Positions 30,885-41,407 of a stretch of DNA of 64,000 bases are shown piece after piece. The stretch is taken from positions 128,001 to 192,000 of the forward strand of contig CAWIYV010000014.1 of the NCBI GenBank assembly GCA_963840455.1, in the 5' to 3' direction. Numbering within the stretch: position 1 is the stretch's first letter; every line of letters begins with the position of its first letter. The position numbers were made by a program, and so were the translations under genes. Under the pieces are notes generated by a model. The model did not search any database. It was not told the DNA's origin and worked only from the letters and a program-made list of their open reading frames with translations. Source of the DNA: Nitrospirota bacterium (GTDB taxonomy: Bacteria > Nitrospirota > UBA9217).

Positions 30885-31008
30885 CGACATGAGGGGTGCA
30901 GGGGAGAGACTCCCCTGCGGCTCGGGGGAGATTCCAGAGGGGGCAGGCCCCCTCTGGGAAGCCCTTTACGGGCGATAGAGCATGGTTCGAGCCCTGCCGG
31001 GTGCACCA
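30885..31008 (+). repeat. tRNA-linked structured unit B ending in a copy of the tRNA-Arg(TCG) 3' end
   Basis: Homologous to unit A; ends GGTTCGAGCCCTGCCGGGTGCACCA (one mismatch to the tRNA). Confidence 0.85.
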
Positions 31009-31071
31009 TTCATTGATGAAGCAGGTTCAACGTTCAGGGTCCAACGCACGAGAACAAGAGCAATTTTGTTG

Positions 31072-31100
31072 TTGCATCAGCGAAAAAAGATAAGTATAAT
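31072..31100 (+). promoter_or_regulatory. Sigma70 promoter for tRNA-Lys
   Basis: TTGCAT-N17-TATAAT. Confidence 0.7.
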
Positions 31101-31135
31101 ACGTTCCTTGTCGCAGGGTATTCCGTTTTTTTAAC

Positions 31136-31211
<76 letters not shown>

Positions 31212-31416
31212 TGACCGCACCGAGAGCAGTGAGCAGCAAGCAGCCATATTCGAAATGCTGCTAGCAGCACACTGCTCTCTTTGTTCGTGCCGGTGCTGTT
31301 GAATCTCCCGGCAGGCTTCGGGGAATGCGCACGCTCCTGGATCCAAGGGCCTTTTCGCGGCTCACGTGGCAGGGCGGAACGATGGTTCTTTGTGCCGTAT
31401 ATTCCTCAATAACGCT

Positions 31417-31499
31417 GCGAGAGTGGCGGAACTGGCAGACGCGCCAGACTTAGGATCTGGTGGGCAACCGTGGGGGTTCAAGTCCCCCCTCTCGCACCA
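31417..31499 (+). tRNA. tRNA-Leu(TAG)
   Basis: CCAGA-CT-TAG-GA-TCTGG; variable arm; CCA; upstream of tig. Confidence 0.96.
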
Positions 31500-31608
31500 T
31501 TTTCTTTCAGGGAACAGTGATTCAGAGATACCGCGGGTCCGTGAGGAACGACGTTCTTCAGTCCCTGGTTCTCTGTTATCTTAAAAAAAACGAACAGGAG
31601 TGAAGACC

Positions 31609-32883
31609 ATGAAAGTCACTGTCGAAGACATCAGCACCGTCAAAAAGAAACTGCACATCCAGGTAATGCCCGATGCCATCGCTATGGAGATGAAGAGGGC
31701 CGTGGCCGATGTGGCGAAGAAGGCCAAGATCCCCGGGTTCCGGCCCGGCAAGGCGCCGAAGAACGTCGTGGAGAAACACTACCAAACGGAAATCCAGTCG
31801 GAGGTAATGAACCGCCTCATCTCGGATTCCTATCTCCGTGCGCTCAACGAGAACAGCCTCATCGCCGTCGATATGCCGAACATCACGAATATCTCACCGC
31901 TGGAGAAGGATGCGCCGTTGAATTTCACGGCCCTGGTGGAAGTGCGGCCGAAATTCGACCTCGGCATGTATGAGGGAATTGAAGTGAAGGAAGCGCCGGT
32001 CGAGGTCACGGACGATGAGGTGATCAAGACCATCGATCGCCTTCGTGAGATGTACGCCCGCCTCGAGGTGGTGGAGGGTCAGGCATTGGACACTACCCAT
32101 ACGGCAATCATCGATTTTGAGGGTTTTCGTGAAGGCAAGTCCATCGCAGGAACCAATGCAAAGGATTACACGCTCATGCTTGGAACCGGGAGTCTGATCC
32201 CGGGCTTCGAAGAGCAGCTTATCGGCATGAACAAGGGCGACACGAGGGAGATCAGGGTCGACTTCCCCGCGGATTACAACAACAAGGAACTCGCCGGGAA
32301 GGACGCAGCATTCACCGTCACGCTGAAAGAAGTGAAGAAAAAGGTCCTTCCTGACCTGAACGATGAGTTTGCCAAGGATATCGGTGATCACAAGACCGTG
32401 GACGACCTGAAGGCCAGGATCAGGGAGGACCTGGAGATCCGGAAGAAGAACGAGCAGGCAGCGGGGCAGCGCGAAGAGATCATGAACAAGCTCGTGGATG
32501 CCCACGCCTTCGATGTTCCCGAGGGGATGGTGGAAAAGGAGCTGATGGACATGGCTCGCAGCCAGGCGATGCGTGCTGCGCGGCAGGGTATGGACCTGAA
32601 GACCTTCGATGTTGCGCAGTTCCGGCTGACGAACCGCGACCTGGCGGTGAAGCGCGTGAAGGGATTCCTGCTGCTTGATGAGATTGCAGACCGGGAAGAG
32701 GTCGAAGTGACCGACAACGAGGTGAATGCGGCCCTCGCCGCCGCGGCCCAGGGAGCAGGCAAGAAACTGGAAGAGGTCAGGAAGTACTACGAGTCCCAGG
32801 AGGGCGGCATGGACAACCTGAAGATCAGCCTTATCCATGAAAAGACCCTGTCCCTCTTGCTTTCCAAAGCGAAGAAGGTATAG
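31609..32883 (+). CDS. tig: Trigger factor
   Basis: IPGFRPGKAP; FKBP domain LIPGFEEQLIG, FPADY...LAGK. Confidence 0.97.
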   Translation: MKVTVEDISTVKKKLHIQVMPDAIAMEMKRAVADVAKKAKIPGFRPGKAPKNVVEKHYQTEIQSEVMNRLISDSYLRALNENSLIAVDMPNITNISPLEKDAPLNFTALVEVRPKFDLGMYEGIEVKEAPVEVTDDEVIKTIDRLREMYARLEVVEGQALDTTHTAIIDFEGFREGKSIAGTNAKDYTLMLGTGSLIPGFEEQLIGMNKGDTREIRVDFPADYNNKELAGKDAAFTVTLKEVKKKVLPDLNDEFAKDIGDHKTVDDLKARIREDLEIRKKNEQAAGQREEIMNKLVDAHAFDVPEGMVEKELMDMARSQAMRAARQGMDLKTFDVAQFRLTNRDLAVKRVKGFLLLDEIADREEVEVTDNEVNAALAAAAQGAGKKLEEVRKYYESQEGGMDNLKISLIHEKTLSLLLSKAKKV

Positions 32884-32922
32884 AATACCTCAGGAACAAA
32901 GAACATACGACAGGAGAGCATA

Positions 32923-33528
32923 ATGTCCCTCATACCCATGGTGATCGAACAGACGAGCCGCGGCGAGCGTGCCTACGATATCTACTCGCGGCTCCTGAAG
33001 GACCGCATCATCTTCCTCGGCACGGCCATCGACGACATCGTCGCCAACACGGTGATCGCCCAGCTCCTGTTCCTCGAGGCCGACGACCCGGACAAGGACA
33101 TCTATCTCTATGTGAACTCGCCGGGCGGCGTCGTCACCTCCGGGCTCGCCATCTATGATACGATGAACTACATCAAGTGCCCGGTCTCGACCATCTGCAT
33201 CGGGCAGGCCGCGAGCATGGGCGCACTGCTCCTGTCGGCGGGCACGAAGGGCAAGCGGTTCTCGCTGCCCCACGCCCGCATCATGATCCACCAGCCCATG
33301 GGCGGGTTCCAGGGCCAGGCCACGGACATCGAGATCCACGCACGCGAGATCCTGAAGATGAAGGAGACGCTGAACCGGATCCTGGCGACCGCCACCGGCC
33401 AGCCCATCGAGAAGATCCAGGCCGATACGGACCGCGATTTCTTCATGTCCGGCGAGGACGCGAAGAACTACGGCCTCGTGGACGAGGTCATCACCAAAAA
33501 ACTGCCGCGCGCCGCGAGGGAGAAGTAG
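32923..33528 (+). CDS. clpP: Clp protease proteolytic subunit
   Basis: [27 protein letters not shown]. Confidence 0.99.
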   Translation: MSLIPMVIEQTSRGERAYDIYSRLLKDRIIFLGTAIDDIVANTVIAQLLFLEADDPDKDIYLYVNSPGGVVTSGLAIYDTMNYIKCPVSTICIGQAASMGALLLSAGTKGKRFSLPHARIMIHQPMGGFQGQATDIEIHAREILKMKETLNRILATATGQPIEKIQADTDRDFFMSGEDAKNYGLVDEVITKKLPRAAREK

Positions 33529-33532
33529 CGCC

Positions 33533-34783
<1,251 letters not shown>

Positions 34784-34787
34784 CGAC

Positions 34788-34884
34788 CAGTAATCCGTGA
34801 GTAGTAATTGAGAGATTGAGGTTTGTCCTTAATCTCTTTTTTTCTGCTTATCCTGACCACTCATCACTCATTACTCAATTACTG
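34788..34884. repeat. Heptamer-based inverted repeat (family B)
   Basis: CAGTAAT...GAGTAGT AATTGAG ... ACTCATC ACTCATT ACTCAAT TACTG. Confidence 0.7.
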
Positions 34885-34891
34885 GCATATC

Positions 34892-35506
34892 ATGAAGATC
34901 CTTTCCGCCGAATTCGTGACAAGCGCCGCCGGGCTGAAGCAGTTCCCCGATGACAGCAGGCCCCAGATCGCCTTTTCCGGGCGCTCGAACGTCGGCAAAT
35001 CCTCCCTCATCAATGCCTTCCTGAACCGGAAGAGCCTCGTCAAGACGAGCGCGACGCCGGGCAAGACCCAGCTGATCAACTTCTTCCTCGTCAATAATGA
35101 GTTCTACTGCGTCGACCTCCCGGGATACGGCTATGCCAAGGCGCCCCGGAGCGTGGTGGACGCGTGGGCGCCGATGATCGAGGGGTATATCAAGGACTCT
35201 CCGCAGATCCGGGTCGTCGTGGTCCTGCTCGACATCCGGCGGGAGCCCGACGCGCGCGATGAACGGCTCGTCGAGTGGCTTGCGCATTACGGCGTCCCGG
35301 CACTCTACGTGCTGACCAAGGCCGACAAGGTGAAGCGGAGCGAGGCCGCGCAGGCGAGGCAGTCGGTCGCGAAAAAGCTGGGGCTTGCCGGACCGCCGCT
35401 CCTCACGTCGGTCAAGACCGGCCAGGGGATCGTTGAGCTCAAGGCGGAGATCGCGAAAAGACTGAACGAGCGGTCGCCAGGGGCCAGTTGCCCGGAGCCC
35501 GAATAA
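34892..35506 (+). CDS. engB: Ribosome biogenesis GTPase YihA/EngB
   Basis: GRSNVGKSS, TPGKT, DLPGYGYA, TKADK. Confidence 0.97.
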   Translation: MKILSAEFVTSAAGLKQFPDDSRPQIAFSGRSNVGKSSLINAFLNRKSLVKTSATPGKTQLINFFLVNNEFYCVDLPGYGYAKAPRSVVDAWAPMIEGYIKDSPQIRVVVVLLDIRREPDARDERLVEWLAHYGVPALYVLTKADKVKRSEAAQARQSVAKKLGLAGPPLLTSVKTGQGIVELKAEIAKRLNERSPGASCPEPE

Positions 35507-35597
35507 ATCCCTTGATGACCGGTCTTTTCTCCTGTATCCTATTTCCTATCTTCTGACTCCTGATTCCTGAGTTCCGCCGTTCACCGGGGGTGCTTCC

Positions 35598-37127
35598 ATG
35601 GAACTTCTCAAGGTCCTGACCGGTTCGCTCTTCTGGGCGACGACCGTCAGCATAGCCCTGTTCGTGGCGGGCAGCATCGCGACGAACTACCTGGCGAAGA
35701 AGTCCACGCTCCTGAAGCCCATCGCCTCGGGCCTTAAGCTCGTGCTCCTGTTCGTCGTAATCCAGGTGTTCCTGCACCTCGGCGCCGCGGAAGCCTATCC
35801 CCGCATTTCCCGCCAGCTGAGCTTCCTCTCGTGGATCGTCGCCGTCTTCTCTCTTCTGCGCCTGGTCCTGTACATGTACGGCGACCTGTTCGTCGTACGC
35901 TGGAAGAAGGGGAGCTTCCCGGCGGCGTTCAAGAACATCATTACGGCCGTCGTCACAGTCGTCGCGATCCTGATCCTGCTGAAGGAGATCATGGACATCA
36001 ATGTCACGTCCCTGATCGCCACGACCACGGTTCTGACCGCCACCATCGGTCTGGCGTTCCAGAGCACCCTGGCCAACATGCTGGCGGGCCTCACGATCCA
36101 TCTGGAGAAGCCGCTCAAGCAGGGCGATTGGATCGCCGCCGGCGGGCATGAGGGGCATGTGCTGGACATCACGCTCCGCGCGACGCGGATCATCACGCTG
36201 GAGAACAACGAGGTGTTCATACCGAACAGCAAGGTGCTCTCGGAATCCGTGGTCAATTACAGCCTGCCCGACCCGATCAGTATCCAAAAGCTCTCGGTCG
36301 GCGTCGGTTATGACATCCCCCCCAACACCGTGCGCAAGGCGGTCCTGGACGTCCTGGCGACCGTGCCCGGCGTGGACATGAGCTCGCACCCGGCGGTGCG
36401 GTTGACGGGGTACGGTGATTTCGCGGTGAATTACGACGTGCGCTACGCCATCCATGAGTACCACCGGCACGCGGATATCGCGGCCGAGATCATGAACCTC
36501 CTGTGGTACCGATTCAAGCGGGACGGCATCGAGATCCCCTATCCGGTCCGCACGGTCCACCTCAGGGAGGTCACGGCGGAAAGCCTTCGCGCCGAACGCG
36601 AGCGAGAGGTTGCCGAGGTCCTGGCGCTCATGGAGAAGGTGGACATCCTGGCACCGCTGTCGGTCCCGGAACGGCGCCGGCTGGTCGAGGCTGTGGGCGT
36701 CAAGACCTACGCTGCCGGCGAGTGCCCTGTGCGTCAGGGGGAGGCGGGCGATTCCTTCTATATCATCAAGAAGGGGTCCGTGGACGTCATCGTGGAGAAG
36801 GCTGGGGGCGAAGGTGTCGTGGTCGCCACGCTGGCAACGGGGAACCTCTTCGGCGAGATGAGCCTTCTGACCGGGGCGGCCCGGACTGCGACCATCCGGG
36901 TGAAGGAGGATGCCGAGTTCGTGGTCATCGACCGTGAGAGCTTCCGGGACACTCTGGTCCACAACCCGTCCATCGCCGAGTCCCTGAGCCGCATCCTCGC
37001 GGAGCGCCAGGCCGAGCTGGCCGCGCAGCGGGAGAAACTCGATGCCATCACTCTCGAGCGGCGCAAGCGGGACGAATCGGGGAAACTGCTTCACAACATC
37101 AGAGAATTCTTCGGCCTGCACAATTAG
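35598..37127 (+). CDS. MscS-family channel with C-terminal cNMP-binding domain
   Basis: IGLAFQSTLANMLAG, GDWI, IPNS, IEIPYP; QGEAGDSFYII, FGEMSLLTG..RTAT. Confidence 0.92.
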   Translation: MELLKVLTGSLFWATTVSIALFVAGSIATNYLAKKSTLLKPIASGLKLVLLFVVIQVFLHLGAAEAYPRISRQLSFLSWIVAVFSLLRLVLYMYGDLFVVRWKKGSFPAAFKNIITAVVTVVAILILLKEIMDINVTSLIATTTVLTATIGLAFQSTLANMLAGLTIHLEKPLKQGDWIAAGGHEGHVLDITLRATRIITLENNEVFIPNSKVLSESVVNYSLPDPISIQKLSVGVGYDIPPNTVRKAVLDVLATVPGVDMSSHPAVRLTGYGDFAVNYDVRYAIHEYHRHADIAAEIMNLLWYRFKRDGIEIPYPVRTVHLREVTAESLRAEREREVAEVLALMEKVDILAPLSVPERRRLVEAVGVKTYAAGECPVRQGEAGDSFYIIKKGSVDVIVEKAGGEGVVVATLATGNLFGEMSLLTGAARTATIRVKEDAEFVVIDRESFRDTLVHNPSIAESLSRILAERQAELAAQREKLDAITLERRKRDESGKLLHNIREFFGLHN

Positions 37128-37196
37128 CAGATAATACCTGTTTAAGAAAAAATATTTGTTAAATCGCGCCGGTCTTTCCCGGTACAATGGAGGCCT

Positions 37197-38609
37197 ATGA
37201 GGGAGCTGACACGGGGAGAGGAATTCTACGACGGGACCGCCCTTCTGGGCGATCCCGTGCATGGCTACATCTCGTTCACCACGCCGAAACCGTCGGTCTC
37301 CGAGAAGACGGAGAAGGACCTCATTGACACCGCATGGATGCAGCGGCTTCGCCAGATCTACCAGCTCCAGAGCGCCCGGTGGGTCTATCCGTCGGCGGAG
37401 CATAGCAGGTTCCAGCACTCCCTCGGCGCAATGCATCTGGCGGGCCGATTCGCCCGACATCTGTATCCCTCCCTCAAGGCCGCCGTCCCCGACTGTCCGA
37501 CTGCGAACTTCATTGAAGAGGTCCTCCGCGTTGCCGCCCTCCTGCACGATATCGGCCATGGGCCCTTCGGCCATTTCTTCGACGACAACTATCTTGAGCA
37601 GTTCGAGCTCACCCACGAGAAGCTTGGCCAGCTTATCATCAGGACCGAACTGGGCGACATCATTCATGAGATCCGCAGGAGCCCATCAGGCGAGTTCGCC
37701 AAGCGGGAGCGGCTGGACCCGGACCAGATCGCGTTCCTCATCGGGAAGGGCACCACGGCAGCGTCCAAACAGCCGCGCTGGCTGGTCTTTCTCCAGCCCC
37801 TCCTCTCTGGCATCTACACGGTGGATAACCTCGACTACGTTCTGCGCGATGCCTACCTGTGCGGTGTGGCAGTGGGGCCGGTGGATATCGACCGGCTTAT
37901 GTACTACACGTTCTTCACGGACAAAGGGCTTACGCTCCACAAGTCCGGGCTCACGGCGCTCAACATGTTCCTGAACGCCCGGCTGTACATGTACACCAAT
38001 GTCTACTATCACCGCACGACGCGCGCCATCGACCAGCACCTCAAGGAGCTCTTTAAGGAAACCATGGCGGCCCTGTTCCCCTACAACCCCGCCGAGAACC
38101 TCCATGCCTATCTCGAGCTTACCGACTGGTCGCTCCTCGAGTCGGTCCGGAAGTGGGCACAGGAAGAGGACACATCCACGGCGGTCCTGGGACGCGAATG
38201 GGCGACGATCCTGGCGCGCGAAGTGAAATGGAAGATGGCCTACGACGTCACGCTCTCCATGCGGTACTTCGAAAAGGGGAAAACGCTCATCGACGCGCAG
38301 GAGCTGGTCAAGCGCATTCGCAAGCGGCTCCCCGAGAAGATCAAGGACCTGCAGTTCTGCGTGGACATGGCGAGCCAGGATCCCCGCCCCATAAATCCCC
38401 TTATGATGGGAGAACGCCAGATCTACGTGTTCAATCCGACGACGCGGAAAGTGGAGAAAGAGCCCCTCAAGGACTTCTTCGAATACATACCGGCGCGGGT
38501 GGTGCAGTGCCGGGTGTTCACCTTGAAGCATGCTCACGACCTGCTGCTGGCGGACATCGTTGAGCAGGTCCTGGGCATCCAGGAGGACAGCATCAAGACG
38601 AACGTCTAG
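37197..38609 (+). CDS. HD-domain phosphohydrolase (dNTPase/SAMHD1-like)
   Basis: DPVHGYI, QRLR.I.QL, HSRFQHSLG, LLHDIGHGPF, DYVLRD, VYYH. Confidence 0.92.
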   Translation: MRELTRGEEFYDGTALLGDPVHGYISFTTPKPSVSEKTEKDLIDTAWMQRLRQIYQLQSARWVYPSAEHSRFQHSLGAMHLAGRFARHLYPSLKAAVPDCPTANFIEEVLRVAALLHDIGHGPFGHFFDDNYLEQFELTHEKLGQLIIRTELGDIIHEIRRSPSGEFAKRERLDPDQIAFLIGKGTTAASKQPRWLVFLQPLLSGIYTVDNLDYVLRDAYLCGVAVGPVDIDRLMYYTFFTDKGLTLHKSGLTALNMFLNARLYMYTNVYYHRTTRAIDQHLKELFKETMAALFPYNPAENLHAYLELTDWSLLESVRKWAQEEDTSTAVLGREWATILAREVKWKMAYDVTLSMRYFEKGKTLIDAQELVKRIRKRLPEKIKDLQFCVDMASQDPRPINPLMMGERQIYVFNPTTRKVEKEPLKDFFEYIPARVVQCRVFTLKHAHDLLLADIVEQVLGIQEDSIKTNV

Positions 38610-38723
38610 TTCTGGGGCGGCCGCGGAAACCATGGAGATCGTGATCACGATGAGAAGGACGGCGAAGTACCGGGGACGAACCTGCAGGAGGGCCCCCGCC
38701 GGACCGAGGGGCGGGGGAAAGCC

Positions 38724-40217
38724 ATGACCATCGAGAGAAGGCTCTTCGCGGTCATCCCCCTCGTTGCCATCGCTGTGTGGCTGATCGACGCGGTGATGGA
38801 CGCTTATCTGTTCGGACGGGGCGGCTTCCTCGACGTCGCCTTCTTCGATGTCCCTCTGCAGAAGATCTTTGTCCGCTGGTTCTTCATCCTGGTCTACTCG
38901 GTGTTCGCTGCGGTCCTGATCAGGGTCCTGTCGAAGCAGCGTGAGGCCCAGGGCGAGCTGAAGCGGAATCTCGCCGCCATCGAGGCCTCCATGGACGGGA
39001 TTGCGCTTTTCAACGAGAAACATGAGTACCTCTACCTGAATGGTGCCTACGCCCGGATCACCGGGTACCCGGGCCCCTGGGAACTGATCGGCAAGACCTT
39101 CGCCGCGATCTACGACGAACAGCAGCTGAGATGGATCGAAGGGGTCATCTTCCCTGCCTTGGAACGGGAAGGCAGCTGGCACGGCGAAATGGGCGCCCAC
39201 CGCAAGGACCGGACACTGTTCGACCAGGAAGCGTCCATCACCCGGCTGTCCGACGGCAGCTGCGTCTGCGTCATGCGTGACATTACTGAGCGAAAGGGAC
39301 GGGAGGAGGCGCTCACGCGGTCCGAGCGGTTCCTGAGCACGATCTTCGACAGTATCCGCGACCCTTTCTGCATCTACGATCGGGAATTCCGCATCGTGCG
39401 CGCCAATGAGGCGTACGGGGAGCTCAAGGGCAAGGCGGTGGACTCCCTGCTCGAGGAGACCTGCTACCGGGCTCTCAAGGGCCGGGAAAGCGTCTGCGAG
39501 GACTGCGTCATCCAGAGGACCCTGCAGTCAGGCGATCGCTGCGCCAAGGAAAAGAGCGTTACGCTGAAGAGCGGTGAGACCGGCTGGCTTGAGCTCTATA
39601 CGCATCCTATTTTCGATGCATCGGGCACGGTGTCCTACGTGATCGAATACACGCGTGACGTGACCGACCGGAAGAAGGCTGACGAGGACCGGCGCCGGCT
39701 CATCGAGAAGCTGGAATACCTTTCGAAGATCGACGGACTGACGGGGCTGCTGAACCGGCGGGCGCTGACCGAGCAGATGGAGTACGAGATCGACCGGGCG
39801 CGCCGATATGAGGCGGAGCTTGCCGTCATTCTCTGCGACCTGGACAACCTGAAAGAGATCAACGACACCCACGGTCACCTCATCGGGGACATGGCTCTCC
39901 AGCTCCTTGCCGCGGCCCTGCGCAGTTCGCTCCGGAACGTGGACATTGCCGGCCGGTACGGAGGAGACGAGTTCCTGGTGATCGTCCCCCAGACCTTGGC
40001 CGCGGGAGCCATGAGCATGGCCGAGAAGATCCGGCTGGCCGCGGAACGGACCGAGGTCCGGATCGAAGGCGACATGCGGGTGGCCATCTCCATCAGCATC
40101 GGTGTTGCCAGCCTCGCAGCGCCCCCCGAGGGCATGGACGGCCTCATCAGACGCGTCGATGCGGCGCTGTATGCTTCCAAGAACACCGGCAGGAACAAGG
40201 TCACCCTGGCGCAGTAG
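38724..40217 (+). CDS. Membrane-anchored PAS-PAS-GGDEF diguanylate cyclase
   Basis: Two TMs, two PAS domains, DGLTGLLNRR, RNVD I-site, RYGGDEF. Confidence 0.93.
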   Translation: MTIERRLFAVIPLVAIAVWLIDAVMDAYLFGRGGFLDVAFFDVPLQKIFVRWFFILVYSVFAAVLIRVLSKQREAQGELKRNLAAIEASMDGIALFNEKHEYLYLNGAYARITGYPGPWELIGKTFAAIYDEQQLRWIEGVIFPALEREGSWHGEMGAHRKDRTLFDQEASITRLSDGSCVCVMRDITERKGREEALTRSERFLSTIFDSIRDPFCIYDREFRIVRANEAYGELKGKAVDSLLEETCYRALKGRESVCEDCVIQRTLQSGDRCAKEKSVTLKSGETGWLELYTHPIFDASGTVSYVIEYTRDVTDRKKADEDRRRLIEKLEYLSKIDGLTGLLNRRALTEQMEYEIDRARRYEAELAVILCDLDNLKEINDTHGHLIGDMALQLLAAALRSSLRNVDIAGRYGGDEFLVIVPQTLAAGAMSMAEKIRLAAERTEVRIEGDMRVAISISIGVASLAAPPEGMDGLIRRVDAALYASKNTGRNKVTLAQ

Positions 40218-40283
40218 TAACCGCCGAAATTAGATTCATAGAATAAACAGCGAACGACAAAGAGCCGAGTGAAAAGGAAAAGG

Positions 40284-40466
40284 TTAATCGATCCTTAGAA
40301 AATCAGCCAAAATAGATTGACAATCCACAGAAGATCTGCGGTCTCCCTGAGATCTTCTCTCTTTTCCACTTCTGCGTTCCGAACCCTTATAGTTTGGATC
40401 ATTGTATTTTCGCCGGTCTGCGCCTAATCGGTGATCATTTCCCGACCGGTGTTCTTTCTTTTTCAT
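40284..40466 (-). CDS. 60-aa Arg-rich protein with DRR/ERR repeats
   Basis: GADRR, YKGSERR, GKERR, GDRR; G-rich RBS before the ATG. Confidence 0.65.
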   Translation of the reverse strand: MKKKEHRSGNDHRLGADRRKYNDPNYKGSERRSGKERRSQGDRRSSVDCQSILADFLRID

Positions 40467-40575
40467 ATGCCCCCCTTTGTCACACATATATAAAATTGCA
40501 ATGCACCCTATTTATCGAATAACATTGAGACGTACTATCCCTTCTCATGTGAATCCCATACCGCTGGATTAGTGA

Positions 40576-40715
40576 TCAAGAAGTCTTCTCAGGGCGCTCC
40601 GCTACCCGACCTCGATGATCGACTGGCGGTGGACACCCAGGCGTTTTGCCTCCTTATCCAATACTTGAATCATCCATGCGGGAAAATCGACATTCACCCT
40701 CTTCTGCTCCTGCCT
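40576..40715 (-). pseudogene. Relic of a CopG/RHH (BrnA-type) antitoxin gene
   Basis: Manual translation QEQKRVNVDFPAWMIQVLDKEAKRLGVHRQSII, then frameshifted VAER..EKTS*; 5' half missing. Confidence 0.7.
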
Positions 40716-40819
40716 CTCTATAGGCTTCACCAAAAATACTCATCAGAAGGCCAATAGGGTGCTGACTTTTCAAGAGCCATTCTATACCATTCGACGTCAT
40801 CGGCTGTTTAAATAAATAG

Positions 40820-41239
40820 CTATGTTACACTAAAGGTACCTGTTAACACATTGGACTGCAGCCCTGTGCTATCGCTGATATAAATCTCGAACGTGTAATT
40901 CCCTTTTACAGCCGTATCTACGACAGCAGCAATTCCGATAGTGCCTGCCGTGATGCCGGATGCGCCTGTTATAGGGCTTGTATTGGTGGCTATTTGATGC
41001 CCAAGTGAATCATAATAGGTGATGGTAAGTGTTAATATGTTGCCATCTATATCGTTGAAGTCGATTGTTCCTGTAGCTGTTATTGACCCACCGCCCTGGC
41101 CTTGAATTGCCGTGTTCGGGGAATATTGTAAATTGGAAATACCGGGTGCATGCTGCGGCTGCGAAGACCCATCGCCACCGCCACAGCCAAAGGATGCTAA
41201 TGCAAAGGCCACTGCGGTAATGAAAATAAGCTGTCTCAT
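40820..41239 (-). CDS. Small low-GC lipoprotein, beta-rich
   Basis: Signal peptide with lipobox-like SFGC followed by GGG; Ig-like composition. Confidence 0.75.
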   Translation of the reverse strand: MRQLIFITAVAFALASFGCGGGDGSSQPQHAPGISNLQYSPNTAIQGQGGGSITATGTIDFNDIDGNILTLTITYYDSLGHQIATNTSPITGASGITAGTIGIAAVVDTAVKGNYTFEIYISDSTGLQSNVLTGTFSVT

Positions 41240-41407
41240 ATTTTCCTCGATTGGTTTCCCTCGTGTCACATAAACAGGAAGAGCTTCACTATGGCCAACC
41301 ATAACACATAATCATTCATTGAAACGGCGGTTTTCCAACTTGTGATCTGCTGTTAGCAGGGTATTGACTTGATCCTGAGATCCTGTCAGAACGGCTGGCC
41401 AGGCTGT

